A stretch of DNA of 64,000 nt from Thermodesulfobacteriota bacterium (GCA_049320885.1 JBMORA010000013.1:32001-96000), one strand, 5' to 3'. Counted from the first letter of the stretch, positions 1 to 10,348 are shown. The notes: generated from the letters alone by a model not told the origin. Made by a program: numbers and translations.

Positions 1-689
1 ACTATCGGCGCCTGTTCCTTTGGAACCGTGGCCCGGATGAAGGCCATCAATTGCTGCCGGGCCCTGTCGATGATCCCCGAAACCGGATTTCCGCTCTGCT
101 GCCGGGAAATCTCCAGGTGGCCCGCCACGGCGTAGGCCCGTGCAAAAACGCCCTGGAAGGCCAGCAGGCGTTTGTAATCGAATCCGCCGGGATTGTTGAA
201 ATTGCGGATGGACATCAGCCTGGCGTCGAAGGCGATGAAATCGCCGGTGGCCATTTCCGGGGGCTCGCCGGGACAAGTGACCCGCACTTTCCCACGGACC
301 GGCCGCCAGCCCTTTTCACAATAAAGGCGCCGGGCTTCGACGATCACATTCAGATAGCGCCCACCGCGGATCGGCGCTCCATGGACCGTTCCGAAGATCC
401 GCCGCTGCCGGCCACCGATGAAATGGGTGACATGATCCGGCGGGAATTCCGGATGGGTCCAGGGCTGGATGGAAAGATATCCCAGCGCCAGGAACAGCAG
501 CAGCGGCGGGGTTCCGGTTCCGCGGCGCCGCAGGATGCAGGCGATCACGGCGCCGAAACAGACGGCGGCCATCATGCCGGCCGGTATTTCGTGGCCGGGC
601 ATACGCACCCCCGCGGTGATTCCGAGCATGAAAGCGACCAGCAGCGGTATCACCGGCCGCAGATATACATCGGTTTGAACGGTTTTCAT
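1..689 (-). CDS. comEC: ComEC/Rec2 competence protein, N-terminal part (runs off window start)
   Basis: Not in the ORF track; translated by hand from ATG at 689: MKTVQTDVYLRPVIPLLVAFMLGI... Hydrophobic N-terminus, then SIRNFNNPGGFDYKRLLAFQGVFA, the NPGgFDY motif of the ComEC OB/DUF4131 domain. Confidence 0.85.
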   Translation of the reverse strand, partial: MKTVQTDVYLRPVIPLLVAFMLGITAGVRMPGHEIPAGMMAAVCFGAVIACILRRRGTGTPPLLLFLALGYLSIQPWTHPEFPPDHVTHFIGGRQRRIFGTVHGAPIRGGRYLNVIVEARRLYCEKGWRPVRGKVRVTCPGEPPEMATGDFIAFDARLMSIRNFNNPGGFDYKRLLAFQGVFARAYAVAGHLEISRQQSGNPVSGIIDRARQQLMAFIRATVPKEQAPI

Positions 690-840
690 GCGTCTCTGAA
701 CGGAGCGCAAAGAGCCCGCTCAGGAACCGGCGGGCATTTTTCGCGGATTTCGCCGTCTCGGCGACGGCAAGTCCGAATCCATCGGATCCGGCTCGTTTTC
801 TCGTTTCCCCCGGGAATCGGGGATTGGTTTTTCGGGAGCG

Positions 841-2091
841 CTATTTTTGTCTGCGGATGCGGGCTCCCAGTTGCAGGAATTTTTTTTCAATGGCCTCGTA
901 GCCGCGATCCAGATGATAGATGCGGTTGACTTCCGTGGTGCCCCCGGCGACAAGACCGGCCAGGATCAGGGAAGCGCTGGCCCGTAAATCCGTGGCCATC
1001 ACCGGGGCCCCGGACAGGCCCGCGACGCCCTTGATGATCGCCGAATTGCCTGAAACCGTGATGTCCGCTCCCATCCGCCGCAGTTCGCTGACGTGGATGA
1101 AGCGGTTTTCGAAAACGGTTTCGGATATCACGCTGAGGCCCCTGGCCACAGACATCAGCACCATGAACTGGGCCTGCATGTCCGTGGGGAATCCCGGGTA
1201 GGGGAAGGTCTTGATGTCCACGCTGTCGATGGAGTCCCGTCCCCGCACCCGGATATGGCTGTCACCGGTCTCCACCCGGACTCCGGCCTGCTTGATCTTG
1301 TCCACGATGGCGCCGACATGCTCGGGCGTGCAATCGCGGATCGTCACGTCGCCGCCGGTCAGCGCCGCCGCCACCATGAAGGTGCCGGTTTCAATCCGGT
1401 CCGGAATGATCGCCGTGGACACCGGCTCCAGCTTCTTCACGCCTTCGATGGCCACGACAGCGGTTCCGGCGCCCCGGATCCGGGCGCCCATCCGGTTCAG
1501 CACAGCGGCCAGGGCCACGACTTCGGGCTCCCGGGCCGCGTTGCGCAGGATCGTGTTTCCCCTGGCGAGAACAGCGGCCATCATCAGATTTTCCGTCCCG
1601 GTGACGGTGGGTGTTTCAAAATAAATGTCATCGCCGACCAGTTCCTCCGCCGCGGCGAATACATAGCCGTGTTCCAGGGTGATTTCAGCACCCAGCCTGG
1701 TCAGGCCTTTCAGGTGGAGATTGATGGGCCGGGCCCCGATGGCGCAGCCTCCGGGCAGGGAAACCTTGGCCTTTTTCAACCTGGCCACCAGCGGGCACAA
1801 CACCAGGATGGAAGCCCGCATCTTCCGCACCAGATCGTAGGGCGCCTCGAAATTGTTCAAACCGGCGGCATTGATCCGCACCACATCCCCGTCCACTTCA
1901 ATTTGCGCGCCCAACGTGGCAAGGAGCTGCAGAATGCTGTCGATGTCCTTCAGCCGCGGTACGTTCCGGTACGTGCACCACCCTTCGGTCAGGAGAGAGG
2001 ATACCAGAATGGGCAGGGCCGCGTTTTTCGCGCCACTGATCCGCACCTCCCCCGTCAGCGGAACACCGCCTTCCACAACGATTTTATCCAT
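841..2091 (-). CDS. murA: UDP-N-acetylglucosamine 1-carboxyvinyltransferase
   Basis: [21 protein letters not shown] (catalytic Cys), [27 protein letters not shown]. Confidence 0.98.
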   Translation of the reverse strand: MDKIVVEGGVPLTGEVRISGAKNAALPILVSSLLTEGWCTYRNVPRLKDIDSILQLLATLGAQIEVDGDVVRINAAGLNNFEAPYDLVRKMRASILVLCPLVARLKKAKVSLPGGCAIGARPINLHLKGLTRLGAEITLEHGYVFAAAEELVGDDIYFETPTVTGTENLMMAAVLARGNTILRNAAREPEVVALAAVLNRMGARIRGAGTAVVAIEGVKKLEPVSTAIIPDRIETGTFMVAAALTGGDVTIRDCTPEHVGAIVDKIKQAGVRVETGDSHIRVRGRDSIDSVDIKTFPYPGFPTDMQAQFMVLMSVARGLSVISETVFENRFIHVSELRRMGADITVSGNSAIIKGVAGLSGAPVMATDLRASASLILAGLVAGGTTEVNRIYHLDRGYEAIEKKFLQLGARIRRQK

Positions 2092-2127
2092 TTCCCATTC
2101 CCATCCCCGGCCGGTTTCCGGCCCGGG

Positions 2128-2167
2128 AAATAAAACGCCCGCCCCGCCGCAGCGGCAGGGCAGGCGC
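2128..2167 (-). terminator. Intrinsic terminator of the qrc operon
   Basis: Minus strand GCGCCTGCCCTGCCG-CTG-CGGCGGGGCGGGCGT (15-bp stem with G-U pairs) followed by TTTATTT. Confidence 0.75.
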
Positions 2168-2194
2168 AGGTATCGATTTCAAGTCCGTTTCCGG

Positions 2195-2353
2195 CTAGTG
2201 GTGATGCCCGCCATTTCCGGCGGCGCTGTCCAGCGCCGCTTTGACGATGCAATAGGTCATGCCGAGCCCCAGGATGGTAAGCGCATACCACAACCCGCCC
2301 ATGAACACCATGTGACCCATATCCCAAACCCATTCAAAACAAAATGGAAACAT
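2195..2353 (-). CDS. 52-aa small membrane protein directly after qrcD (candidate extra Qrc subunit)
   Basis: MFPFCFEWVWDMGHMVFMGGLWYALTILGLGMTYCIVKAALDSAAGNGGHHH*; AGGAGG RBS 5 nt before ATG; one hydrophobic helix; lies before the operon terminator. Confidence 0.8.
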   Translation of the reverse strand: MFPFCFEWVWDMGHMVFMGGLWYALTILGLGMTYCIVKAALDSAAGNGGHHH

Positions 2354-2373
2354 CTGTTCCTCCTTCAGCCGGC

Positions 2374-3615
2374 TCAGGCCGCGACCGGATTCAATTCCTT
2401 TTCCTGCGGAAAAATCGGCAGATAGCGGTAGCTAAGCGCCACCAAAATGACACCATAGGCCACCGGCAAAATGGTGGTGGCCACTTCCTGCCAGCTGGGA
2501 TAATACAGCACCCACTGGTCGAACGGCAGCACCGGTACGGCCATCACCTGCAGGACCATCACCCAGCGGTTGATGCAGACCCCCGCCATGCCGAGAATCA
2601 CTCCGGTCCACAGCAGACCGGACGTGCCGCGGCCCTTGCGGGTGATCAGGATCAGGGCCGGGAAGAAGCCGCCCACCACGATTTCGGCCACCAGAATCCA
2701 GATGCCGTAAAAGGCGTTGTTGCTGTAGAAATCCATCAGGCGGAAGCCCATCCCCGGCGCCGTCGAAACCGCCCAGTAAACGGTGTCCACGGTCTTGGCG
2801 ATGATGTAGGTAAGCATCATCCAGCCCGAAATCTTGGCCAGCAGATCAATCACGTTATCCTTGACCAGTTTCTTACCGACGATCTTTTCCAGCAGCTTGG
2901 TCAGAAAAATGGTGAAGCAGGGTCCGTAGGCCGCCGCCGACCAGGTGAACAAGAAAAACGTCCAGGGCCATACCAACAGTCCTTCCCGGTAGGCAAAGGG
3001 CCGGCCGTACAGGACACCGGCCACGCCACCCAGGGATCCCTGATGGAAACAGGAAAGGAAAGCGCCGGTGGCGGCGAAAACCGCCATGACCTCATGCATG
3101 TTGTGGGTCAGATGATGAAAAAAGGGGATCTTGTCCAGCTGCCGGTTTTCCAGCACCAGGGGAATGTATTCGATGGTCAGCACCGCAAAATAGCAGGACA
3201 GGCAGAACGCCACTTCGGTGAGCATGGAATGGACGTTGGCGTGCCAGAAGATGAACCATCCCCGCAGCGGCTGTCCGATATCGATGGCCAGTATCAGCAG
3301 GGCCGAGCTGTAGCAGATGAAACCGATCAGCACCGCGAAATTGATGATGTTCTTCAGCTCATCCTTGCCGATGATGTACCGCAGCAGCCCCGTAAAAAAG
3401 GCCCCGCCGCCCAGGGCGATCACCGCCAGGTCCGCCCAGATCCACAGGGCGAATCCATAATAGTCGTTCATATTGGTCTGGTTCAGGCCTTTGAGCCAGC
3501 ACAACAGCATGGCATATATTCCCCACAGCAAAACCGCCCCCACCACCGACAATCCCAACATGAATTTCGGCAGCGGACAGCGTTTGACTCCCTCGGGTAT
3601 CAATGCTGAATCCAT
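2374..3615 (-). CDS. qrcD: Menaquinone reductase integral membrane subunit (NrfD/PsrC family)
   Basis: About 10 TM segments, FALWIWADLAVIALGGGAFF, DIGQPLR, HQGSLGG, NRW motif; last large gene of the qrc cluster. Confidence 0.92.
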   Translation of the reverse strand: MDSALIPEGVKRCPLPKFMLGLSVVGAVLLWGIYAMLLCWLKGLNQTNMNDYYGFALWIWADLAVIALGGGAFFTGLLRYIIGKDELKNIINFAVLIGFICYSSALLILAIDIGQPLRGWFIFWHANVHSMLTEVAFCLSCYFAVLTIEYIPLVLENRQLDKIPFFHHLTHNMHEVMAVFAATGAFLSCFHQGSLGGVAGVLYGRPFAYREGLLVWPWTFFLFTWSAAAYGPCFTIFLTKLLEKIVGKKLVKDNVIDLLAKISGWMMLTYIIAKTVDTVYWAVSTAPGMGFRLMDFYSNNAFYGIWILVAEIVVGGFFPALILITRKGRGTSGLLWTGVILGMAGVCINRWVMVLQVMAVPVLPFDQWVLYYPSWQEVATTILPVAYGVILVALSYRYLPIFPQEKELNPVAA

Positions 3616-3688
3616 ATGTTTCGCACTCCTTACTGTTTATCCGAATCCGACGAAAAAACGGTTTCCATGCCCGAACGTTCCGGCCTGC

Positions 3689-4483
3689 TCAGCGGTGTCC
3701 GCCCGGAACCTTGCCGATTTCCTCCCCCGGCAGATAATTGTCTCCGGCCCGCCGCACCCATTCCCGGCTGGTCAGATAATACACCTTGGTGTTGGTTTTC
3801 AGACGCTCCAGCAGGCGGAAAGCGCGCGGGTCCTTTTTCAGACTGTAAACCGCATGCTCCTTGTTGTTCAGATCGCCGAAGGTGATGGCGCCGGCTGGAC
3901 AAGCCTGGGTGCAGGCGGTCTGGTAGTCCTCCTCGCCGATCTCCCGGGTTTCCTCATAATAGGCCTTGTCCAGGGCCCGCTGATAGCGGTGATAGCAGAA
4001 ACTGCATTTCTCCACCACACCGCGCATCCGCGGAGACACGTTGGGACTGAGCATTTTTTCCATGCCCTCCGGCCAGACCGGATCCCACCAGTTGAAATAA
4101 CGGGCATGGTAAGGGCAGGCGGCCATGCAATACCGGCAGCCGAAGCAGCGGGTGTAGATCTGACTGACGATACCGGTTTCCGTGTCATAATCCGTGGCCG
4201 TGGCCGGGCAGACCGACACGCAGGGCGAATGGCCGCTGTGCTCCCCCTCGCAGTGCTGACAGGGCCGCGGCAGATAGCAGATTTCGGTCCTGGGGAACGG
4301 CTGGTTGTTGGTGAGCCGGTAAACCCGCATCCAGGTGATGCTGTCCAGTTTATTGGTCTCGTTCTCCTTGAAAGGGACGTTGTTCTCGGCCATGCAGGCC
4401 ACCATGCAGGAGCCGCAGCCGGTGCATTTGTCCAGATCGATCACCATGCCGAATTTCTTTGGTGTTGCGTGTGCTTGCTTCAT
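3689..4483 (-). CDS. qrcC: Menaquinone reductase iron-sulfur subunit
   Basis: Four Cys groups: CTGCGSCMVAC, CQHC...CVSVC, CFGCRYCMAAC, CSFC...CTQAC. Confidence 0.92.
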   Translation of the reverse strand: MKQAHATPKKFGMVIDLDKCTGCGSCMVACMAENNVPFKENETNKLDSITWMRVYRLTNNQPFPRTEICYLPRPCQHCEGEHSGHSPCVSVCPATATDYDTETGIVSQIYTRCFGCRYCMAACPYHARYFNWWDPVWPEGMEKMLSPNVSPRMRGVVEKCSFCYHRYQRALDKAYYEETREIGEEDYQTACTQACPAGAITFGDLNNKEHAVYSLKKDPRAFRLLERLKTNTKVYYLTSREWVRRAGDNYLPGEEIGKVPGGHR

Positions 4484-4502
4484 CAGAACCTCTTGCTATG
4501 TT

Positions 4503-6707
4503 TTAGGCTTTGGTCAGGCTTGCGCCGATGCCCCAGGCGGCGTCGTAACCGGAATCCGGATCATCCACCGGTCCCATCAATTCATGGATACTGACACCCT
4601 TGCCTGCCAGATACTTGTCGTGGGCGCCGTGACCGAGGCCCCGTTGCATGGCCACCACGCCGGGCATGATGCCGTGGAAACAATGAATCCGGACCCGCGA
4701 GGCCCCTCTGGGCGTCGTCAACACGGCGCCGGCGCCGTCTTTCAGTTGCAGGCTCGCCGCGGTTTCGGGATTGATCTCCACCACCATGTCCGAATCCTTC
4801 AAAACGGTATCCGGTACGATTTTAATCAGGAACGGCGGCGATCCCACGGCGCCGCTGGAAAGACGCATGGAGTCGCAGGCGATCAGTGTCAGCGGATAAC
4901 GCTTTCCGTCGCCTTCCGCCGGTATGGGCGACCGGGTCAACCGAGCCGCTTCCGGGAATACGAATTTAGCGCTCGGGGTTTCAAATCCCGTTTTCCACGG
5001 CGCCGGTTTGAACTCACCGTCCGTCCAGCAGATTTCTTCCTTCAAGGTATCCCATTTATCGCCGAGGGTTTGTTTCAGGCAGGTCTTGTAGTTCTTCCAG
5101 GGAAACGCCGCGGCGATATTGCCGCCCAGGGCCTGGGCCAGGGCCAGGATCACATCCCCCGCCTGCCTGGTGTCATACAGCGGTTTCACCACCGGAACCG
5201 CCAGGTTCAAGGCGGGCCTGGTCAGGCCGGCAGTCACCGGCACGTCTTCATAGCGTTCCAGGCAGCAGTGGTTCGGCAGAATCAGATCGGCCATGGCCGC
5301 GGTTTCGTCCATATGGGTGGCGAAGCTGACTTTCAGGGGAATCCGTTCCAGGGCCTGGCGGACGGCCTGGCCGCCGGGCAGGGTATAAGCCGGATTCGCG
5401 CCCGAGATGAACAATACCTGAATGCCGTCGCCAGCGCCGGAGTTGATCAGACCCGGCAGCTGGGTCAACAGGTACCGGGCGTCGGGAAAGCGTTCACCGC
5501 CGGCGCCGTCAATACGCGGCTTCTGCATGGCGCTGGCGGCGACAGCGTCCATCTCCATTTCCGGCCATTTTACGTACTCGGGCTCGGGCATGGCCCATAC
5601 GCCGCCTTTCCTATTGATATTACCCACCAGCGCGTTCAGCAGATGGGTGGCGGCGGTCTCCAGAAAACTGCCGGGAACGAGCCCCTGGCCCCGACCGCAG
5701 ACGGCCACCGGCCGTTTGGCGCGGGCGAACTCGCGGCCCAGGGAGCGAATCGTCTCGGCCGGGATGCCGGTAGTCTCGGCTACCTTCTCCGGCCGGTATT
5801 GGTCCAGAATCGCCTGCCGGCAGCCTTCAAACCCTTCGGCAAACTGTTCCGTAAACCGGCGGTTGAACAGATTCTCGCTCAGAATGACATGCGCCATTCC
5901 CAGAGCCAGATGGGCTTCCGTACCCGGTTTGGCGGCCAGCCACTGGTCGGCCTTGGCGGCCGTGTTGGACAGCCGCGGCTCCACCTGAACCAGCTTGGCC
6001 CGCCTGCTTTTCCATTCGGCATGGGCCTTGAACATCCGGACCGGCGAACCCCATCCCTCGATGATGCCGCTGCCCAGGCTCAGGATAAAATCGGCTTTTT
6101 CCAGATCGAAGCCGGGCACGCCGCGATGCCCCTGGGTTTTTTCCATCACCAGGGCATAAGCGTCCTCCATGGTGGCCGGCCGCAGGAAATTGGGCGAGCC
6201 GTATACCGTCAGCAGTCGGCTCCACAGCAGCGGCACGGTGCCCCTGTCCGACTCCGCGATGCAGGCGACGGTATGGGATTTCCCCGCGGCGCGCAATTCG
6301 ATCAGTCTGGCCGCGATTTCGGCAATGGCATCGTTCCAGGTAATGTTCTGCCAGGCACCGTTGACTTTTTTCAGCGGCGATTTCACCCGGGTGGGGCTGT
6401 ACAGCAGTTGCGGCGCCGCCACCCCCAGGGCGCAGATGCCGCCGTCATTGATCGGATGGCCCTTCATGCCCTCGACCTTGACCACCCGCTCGCCGATCTT
6501 GCGGACCGTGATTCCGCAGCCGCCCGGACACAGCAGGCAGGCCGAATTGGTTTCCGTGGCCTCCCCATCGGGAGGAACCGGAGTCCAGGGCCAGTTCTGG
6601 GTCCAGATGGAAAGGTCATCGGTAATCTTCCATGGCAGCGGCGACAGGGTGATGCCCGCCGTGGCTCCGATTCCGAGTGCCAAAAAACTTCTTCGATCTA
6701 TTTTCAT
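4503..6707 (-). CDS. qrcB: Menaquinone reductase molybdopterin-oxidoreductase-like subunit
   Basis: Tat motif DRRSFL; LSPLPWKITDDLSIWTQNWPW N-terminus; DMSO-reductase-family fold; start placed at MKIDRR after an AGGGG RBS. Confidence 0.9.
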   Translation of the reverse strand: MKIDRRSFLALGIGATAGITLSPLPWKITDDLSIWTQNWPWTPVPPDGEATETNSACLLCPGGCGITVRKIGERVVKVEGMKGHPINDGGICALGVAAPQLLYSPTRVKSPLKKVNGAWQNITWNDAIAEIAARLIELRAAGKSHTVACIAESDRGTVPLLWSRLLTVYGSPNFLRPATMEDAYALVMEKTQGHRGVPGFDLEKADFILSLGSGIIEGWGSPVRMFKAHAEWKSRRAKLVQVEPRLSNTAAKADQWLAAKPGTEAHLALGMAHVILSENLFNRRFTEQFAEGFEGCRQAILDQYRPEKVAETTGIPAETIRSLGREFARAKRPVAVCGRGQGLVPGSFLETAATHLLNALVGNINRKGGVWAMPEPEYVKWPEMEMDAVAASAMQKPRIDGAGGERFPDARYLLTQLPGLINSGAGDGIQVLFISGANPAYTLPGGQAVRQALERIPLKVSFATHMDETAAMADLILPNHCCLERYEDVPVTAGLTRPALNLAVPVVKPLYDTRQAGDVILALAQALGGNIAAAFPWKNYKTCLKQTLGDKWDTLKEEICWTDGEFKPAPWKTGFETPSAKFVFPEAARLTRSPIPAEGDGKRYPLTLIACDSMRLSSGAVGSPPFLIKIVPDTVLKDSDMVVEINPETAASLQLKDGAGAVLTTPRGASRVRIHCFHGIMPGVVAMQRGLGHGAHDKYLAGKGVSIHELMGPVDDPDSGYDAAWGIGASLTKA

Positions 6708-6761
6708 ACCCGTTTCCCCTTGCACAAAGAAAAGAAATGCCTGCCATTCACAATGGCGCGC

Positions 6762-7460
6762 CTATTTGTGGCAGACAAAACAGCCGTCTTTCTTGGTTTG
6801 GACGCTGGTCGCCCGCCCGGTTTCCTGCATATGGCATTCGGCGCAATCATCCATTTTCATTCGGTCCCATGTATTTTTTTTCAGGCACAGCATGTTTTCC
6901 AGATTGCGGCCCCAGATATCCCGGCTGTAACCGGTGATTCGGTTTTCCTCGTAAACCGGCAGGCTGGTGGATTCGCCGATGGGACCGTGACAGGTCACGC
7001 AGTCCATTCCACCCAGTTTCACATGGGCCGCATGGGAAAAGAATACGCAGTCGGGCTGCTTCGAATAAACCAGCCAGGGTACTTCCCGGTTCTTGGATAC
7101 ATATTCTTCCACAAAAATTTCTTCATCCTTGGAGTCACCCTGCACTTCCTCGTGACATTCGATGCACTGGGCCAGCTCCGGAACGCCGGCGTAGGTTCCG
7201 TCCTCCCGGAACAGGTGGCAGCTTTCGCAACCGTCATCCACCAGTTCCATATGCAGGGAGTGGTTGAAATCAAAGGGCTGCTGCTTTTTGGAATAGAGCA
7301 CTTCAGGAAAAACCAGCCAGCCGATCACCAGGCTGGCGGCGAATCCGATGATGAAAAACAGAACCGGCATCCCGGCGCCGGGATCCCGGTGGGCGGATGC
7401 GGTTGCATGGTCGGTCCCGTCGTCATGGACATCATTGGCATGATCGTCTACTGTAGTCAT
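6762..7460 (-). CDS. qrcA: Membrane-anchored pentaheme cytochrome c of Qrc
   Basis: N-terminal TM helix; CESCH, CIECH, CVTCH, CAECH, CFVCH; QPFDFNH and QPDCVFFSHAAH; GGAG RBS before MTTVDD. Confidence 0.9.
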   Translation of the reverse strand: MTTVDDHANDVHDDGTDHATASAHRDPGAGMPVLFFIIGFAASLVIGWLVFPEVLYSKKQQPFDFNHSLHMELVDDGCESCHLFREDGTYAGVPELAQCIECHEEVQGDSKDEEIFVEEYVSKNREVPWLVYSKQPDCVFFSHAAHVKLGGMDCVTCHGPIGESTSLPVYEENRITGYSRDIWGRNLENMLCLKKNTWDRMKMDDCAECHMQETGRATSVQTKKDGCFVCHK

Positions 7461-7679
7461 GGAAACTCCATTTTGAATGGGCCGGCCCACTGGTCCGACC
7501 ACTGCTCCGGGTTGATATGGTCTGACAAATCCCTTTCATTCCATGGTGCGGAACCACTGCGCTTTTCAGGCGTCAAGTTCCCGCGTTCGCACGGAAGTTC
7601 AGTTATTTATAACCGTTATCCAGGATTGTCAAGGGGTAATCGTGATGCCCGCCCCCCCTTTTTTGGGGCCTTACGCCCA

Positions 7680-8534
7680 TCAGGGCATTTGCCCGTAGCT
7701 GTGCAGCCCGGGAAGATAATTCACGCCGAAATAAGTAAAAATCACGGCGGAAAAGCCCACGATGGACAGCAGGGCGATGCGTTTTCCCTGCCAGCCGCGC
7801 ATGAACCTGGCGTGCAACAGCACGGCATAAATGAACCATGTGACCAGCGACCAGGTCTCTTTGGGGTCCCAGCCCCAGTATCGCCCCCAGGCCGAATTCG
7901 CCCACACGGCTCCGGTAATGATGCCGATGGACAGAAAGAAAAACCCGAACATCACCAACTGGTGGGTGATATCGTCCAGAACGGCCGGCGCCGGCAAATG
8001 AACCGGCTTTTGATCCGATTCCTCCAGATTCCGGCTTTTCAGCAGATACATCAGGCTGACGACAAAGGCCACCGCGAATCCGGCATACCCCAGGAAACAG
8101 GTAATGACATGAGCGATGAGCCAGTTGCTTTTCAAGGCCGGTATCAGCGGCTGAATGCGGTCGTTCATATTCGGATTCAGGGAGGCATAAGCCAGGGCGA
8201 GAAACATCAGCGGGGTGGTAAAAGCGCCGATGACCCGGTTGCGATACCGGAACTCCATCACCAGACTGAGGATCGCGATGACCAGGGAATAAAACACCAG
8301 GGATTCATACAGATTGGAAAACGGGGCATGACCGATGCCGAGATCATAGGATTCTATCCAGCGCAGAACGATTCCGGCCGCGTTGCCGGCGGCGGCGAGC
8401 ATCAGTGTGCCCATGGCCAGCTTTCCCGGTGGATCTTTCTTGAAGACCCAGGCCGCGATGTACAGACAGGACGACAAGGCGTAGACAAATGTCGTCATCG
8501 ACAGAACGAATGAACTGATATGGGAATCCATCAT
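7680..8534 (-). CDS. ccsA: Cytochrome c biogenesis System II heme-handling protein CcsA/ResC
   Basis: WWD motif WGRYWGWDPKETW, HAPFSNLYE, C-terminal GLHSY. Confidence 0.95.
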   Translation of the reverse strand: MMDSHISSFVLSMTTFVYALSSCLYIAAWVFKKDPPGKLAMGTLMLAAAGNAAGIVLRWIESYDLGIGHAPFSNLYESLVFYSLVIAILSLVMEFRYRNRVIGAFTTPLMFLALAYASLNPNMNDRIQPLIPALKSNWLIAHVITCFLGYAGFAVAFVVSLMYLLKSRNLEESDQKPVHLPAPAVLDDITHQLVMFGFFFLSIGIITGAVWANSAWGRYWGWDPKETWSLVTWFIYAVLLHARFMRGWQGKRIALLSIVGFSAVIFTYFGVNYLPGLHSYGQMP

Positions 8535-8590
8535 GTTGTTCGAACCTTTATATTACCTTTATATTAATCATTGCCTGAATCTTCATGCCG

Positions 8591-10348
8591 TCACCCGCCG
8601 GCTTCGTCCAGCCGCCGCAACCGGCGGGACAGGTTTTCCACCAGTCGCTGCATGCCCAGCTTGTTTTTATTGGCCGTGCCCGAAACCAGCACCCGGGTGT
8701 TTTTCCCGGCTGGGGTCAGTTCGATGCACACCCGTTGGTGGGAGGTGAAAAACGTCACATAGGAGCCCAGGATCATGAAGATAAAACCCAGGTACACCAT
8801 CGCGACCCCCGGGTCCTTGGTCACCTGAAGGCCGGTATAATATGTTTCCGAATAGGCCGTAACCGACAGGACCATGTTGGTCTCGGCCGAAGTCTCTTGA
8901 GGCTCGACAATGGATATCACCATGTCCCCTTTGCGCATTTTATCGAAATTCGGGAAGCGCACCGGCAGAACCACGGTTTCCGGTTCCCGGGAGTCCCGCT
9001 CAATCCTGCCCAGGACGGCCTGACCGATGGGATTGCCCATGAACGCATAAGACTCTTCAATCCCGGTAATGACAAAGGTTCCCTGTCCTTCGGGAATTTC
9101 CACCCGTTCCCCCGGCGAAACGGAACGGGAATAGGTCATGCCGCTGGACCTGCTGGCGAACTCCAGTCCGATTTTCCGCTGCGGGTCATCCGGGGCCGAT
9201 ATCCCCGCGGATCTCCGGCCGGATGCCTGGAAAGCGCTCATGCGGCGAAGTTCTTCCGGATCGTGGATATCGTATTCCGGAAACGGATACGGCATGATCA
9301 CCTCCACCGGCTCACCCGAGGGGGGAGTCCAAACCCCGATGAACGTTTCGCCCAACCGGTGGCCCTTATACATGTAGGCGCTTTTAAACTCCTGGATGAC
9401 GAGGGCGCCTTGCTGATTTGGGAGCTGAATCGGTTCCCCCATCCTGGCCGCCACTTCCGTTTCCTCCCCGCTTGAAACGGAGGTGAGCCGGACCGTCATC
9501 TCCTTGGGCGGAACCTTGCCATAGCTGGATTGAAAGATATTGATGCCCTTGTAGCGCAAGGGGTCATTGACAATAATGTCCTTTTGCAGCACCGTCTGAT
9601 TGTTTTCGATGATGGACAGCCGCGAGCGATATTCCTTGGGGACGCCGTTTTCATAGAAGCTGACATCGAAATCCTCGCAACGCACGGAAAATTCCAGGGG
9701 CTGCACCTTGTTGCCGCTGGTAAGCCTGACGGCGTTTACCGTTTCCCCCTCCGGGATATTGACTGTCCCGTCAAAGCCGCCCACAAGGCCGATCAGTGCG
9801 CCGATGAGCATCAGCACCACGCTGAGATGAACGCCGTACACACCAAAACGGGTCCAGCGGCCTCTTTCGGCCAGGATGCAAACGGCCTTTTCCATTGTTT
9901 CAACACGGTGGTACCGAAACCGCCGGCCGATATACCTCTCATAGCGCTCCTGTAAAATCTCCAGCGACGCCGATACGTTGTAGGTCTGCGCCTCTTTTTG
10001 TCTTCGAAACTGTTCGATATTGAATTTCGGGGATTCCACAAACACGATTTTCCAGACACTGGAAAACCGATCGATGGAGCAGACAATGATGTTGACCACC
10101 AGCAGGACGATCAGGGCCTGATACCACCAGGCATGATACATGTCAAAAAGCTGCAACCTGGAAAACAGACGGAAGAATGTTTCACCGTATTGATGAAAAT
10201 ACCAATCCGCCTCGGCGTTCTGGGGAATCAGGGTGCCGATGACGGAAGTGGCGGCGAGGGACAGCAACACCGTAACGGTGAGCCGCACGGAAGCCAGAAA
10301 ATTCCATATGGTTTGGTGAAAGGCGACCCTTTCCGCAGCTTGCTTCAT
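8591..10348 (-). CDS. resB: Cytochrome c biogenesis System II protein ResB/CcsB with an internal duplication
   Basis: SVIGTLIPQN, conserved His in GVHLSV, IVNDPLRYKG, YTGLQVTKDPG; GGAGG RBS before MKQAAE. Confidence 0.92.
   Translation of the reverse strand: MKQAAERVAFHQTIWNFLASVRLTVTVLLSLAATSVIGTLIPQNAEADWYFHQYGETFFRLFSRLQLFDMYHAWWYQALIVLLVVNIIVCSIDRFSSVWKIVFVESPKFNIEQFRRQKEAQTYNVSASLEILQERYERYIGRRFRYHRVETMEKAVCILAERGRWTRFGVYGVHLSVVLMLIGALIGLVGGFDGTVNIPEGETVNAVRLTSGNKVQPLEFSVRCEDFDVSFYENGVPKEYRSRLSIIENNQTVLQKDIIVNDPLRYKGINIFQSSYGKVPPKEMTVRLTSVSSGEETEVAARMGEPIQLPNQQGALVIQEFKSAYMYKGHRLGETFIGVWTPPSGEPVEVIMPYPFPEYDIHDPEELRRMSAFQASGRRSAGISAPDDPQRKIGLEFASRSSGMTYSRSVSPGERVEIPEGQGTFVITGIEESYAFMGNPIGQAVLGRIERDSREPETVVLPVRFPNFDKMRKGDMVISIVEPQETSAETNMVLSVTAYSETYYTGLQVTKDPGVAMVYLGFIFMILGSYVTFFTSHQRVCIELTPAGKNTRVLVSGTANKNKLGMQRLVENLSRRLRRLDEAGG

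Noticed and set aside
2055..2333. 92-aa ORF from the track
   Set aside because: Overlaps murA and the terminator and lacks an RBS; the 52-aa ORF in another frame has a strong RBS
2374..7460. Alternative complex III or polysulfide reductase
   Set aside because: Only the four-gene A-B-C-D set with Qrc-type sequence features; no ActD/E/F genes
4335..8513. 1392-aa plus-strand ORF, and similar long ORFs at 17497-19668, 23758-25491, 33714-35297 and 60432-62501
   Set aside because: Antisense shadows of well-supported genes in GC-rich DNA, with no recognisable motifs
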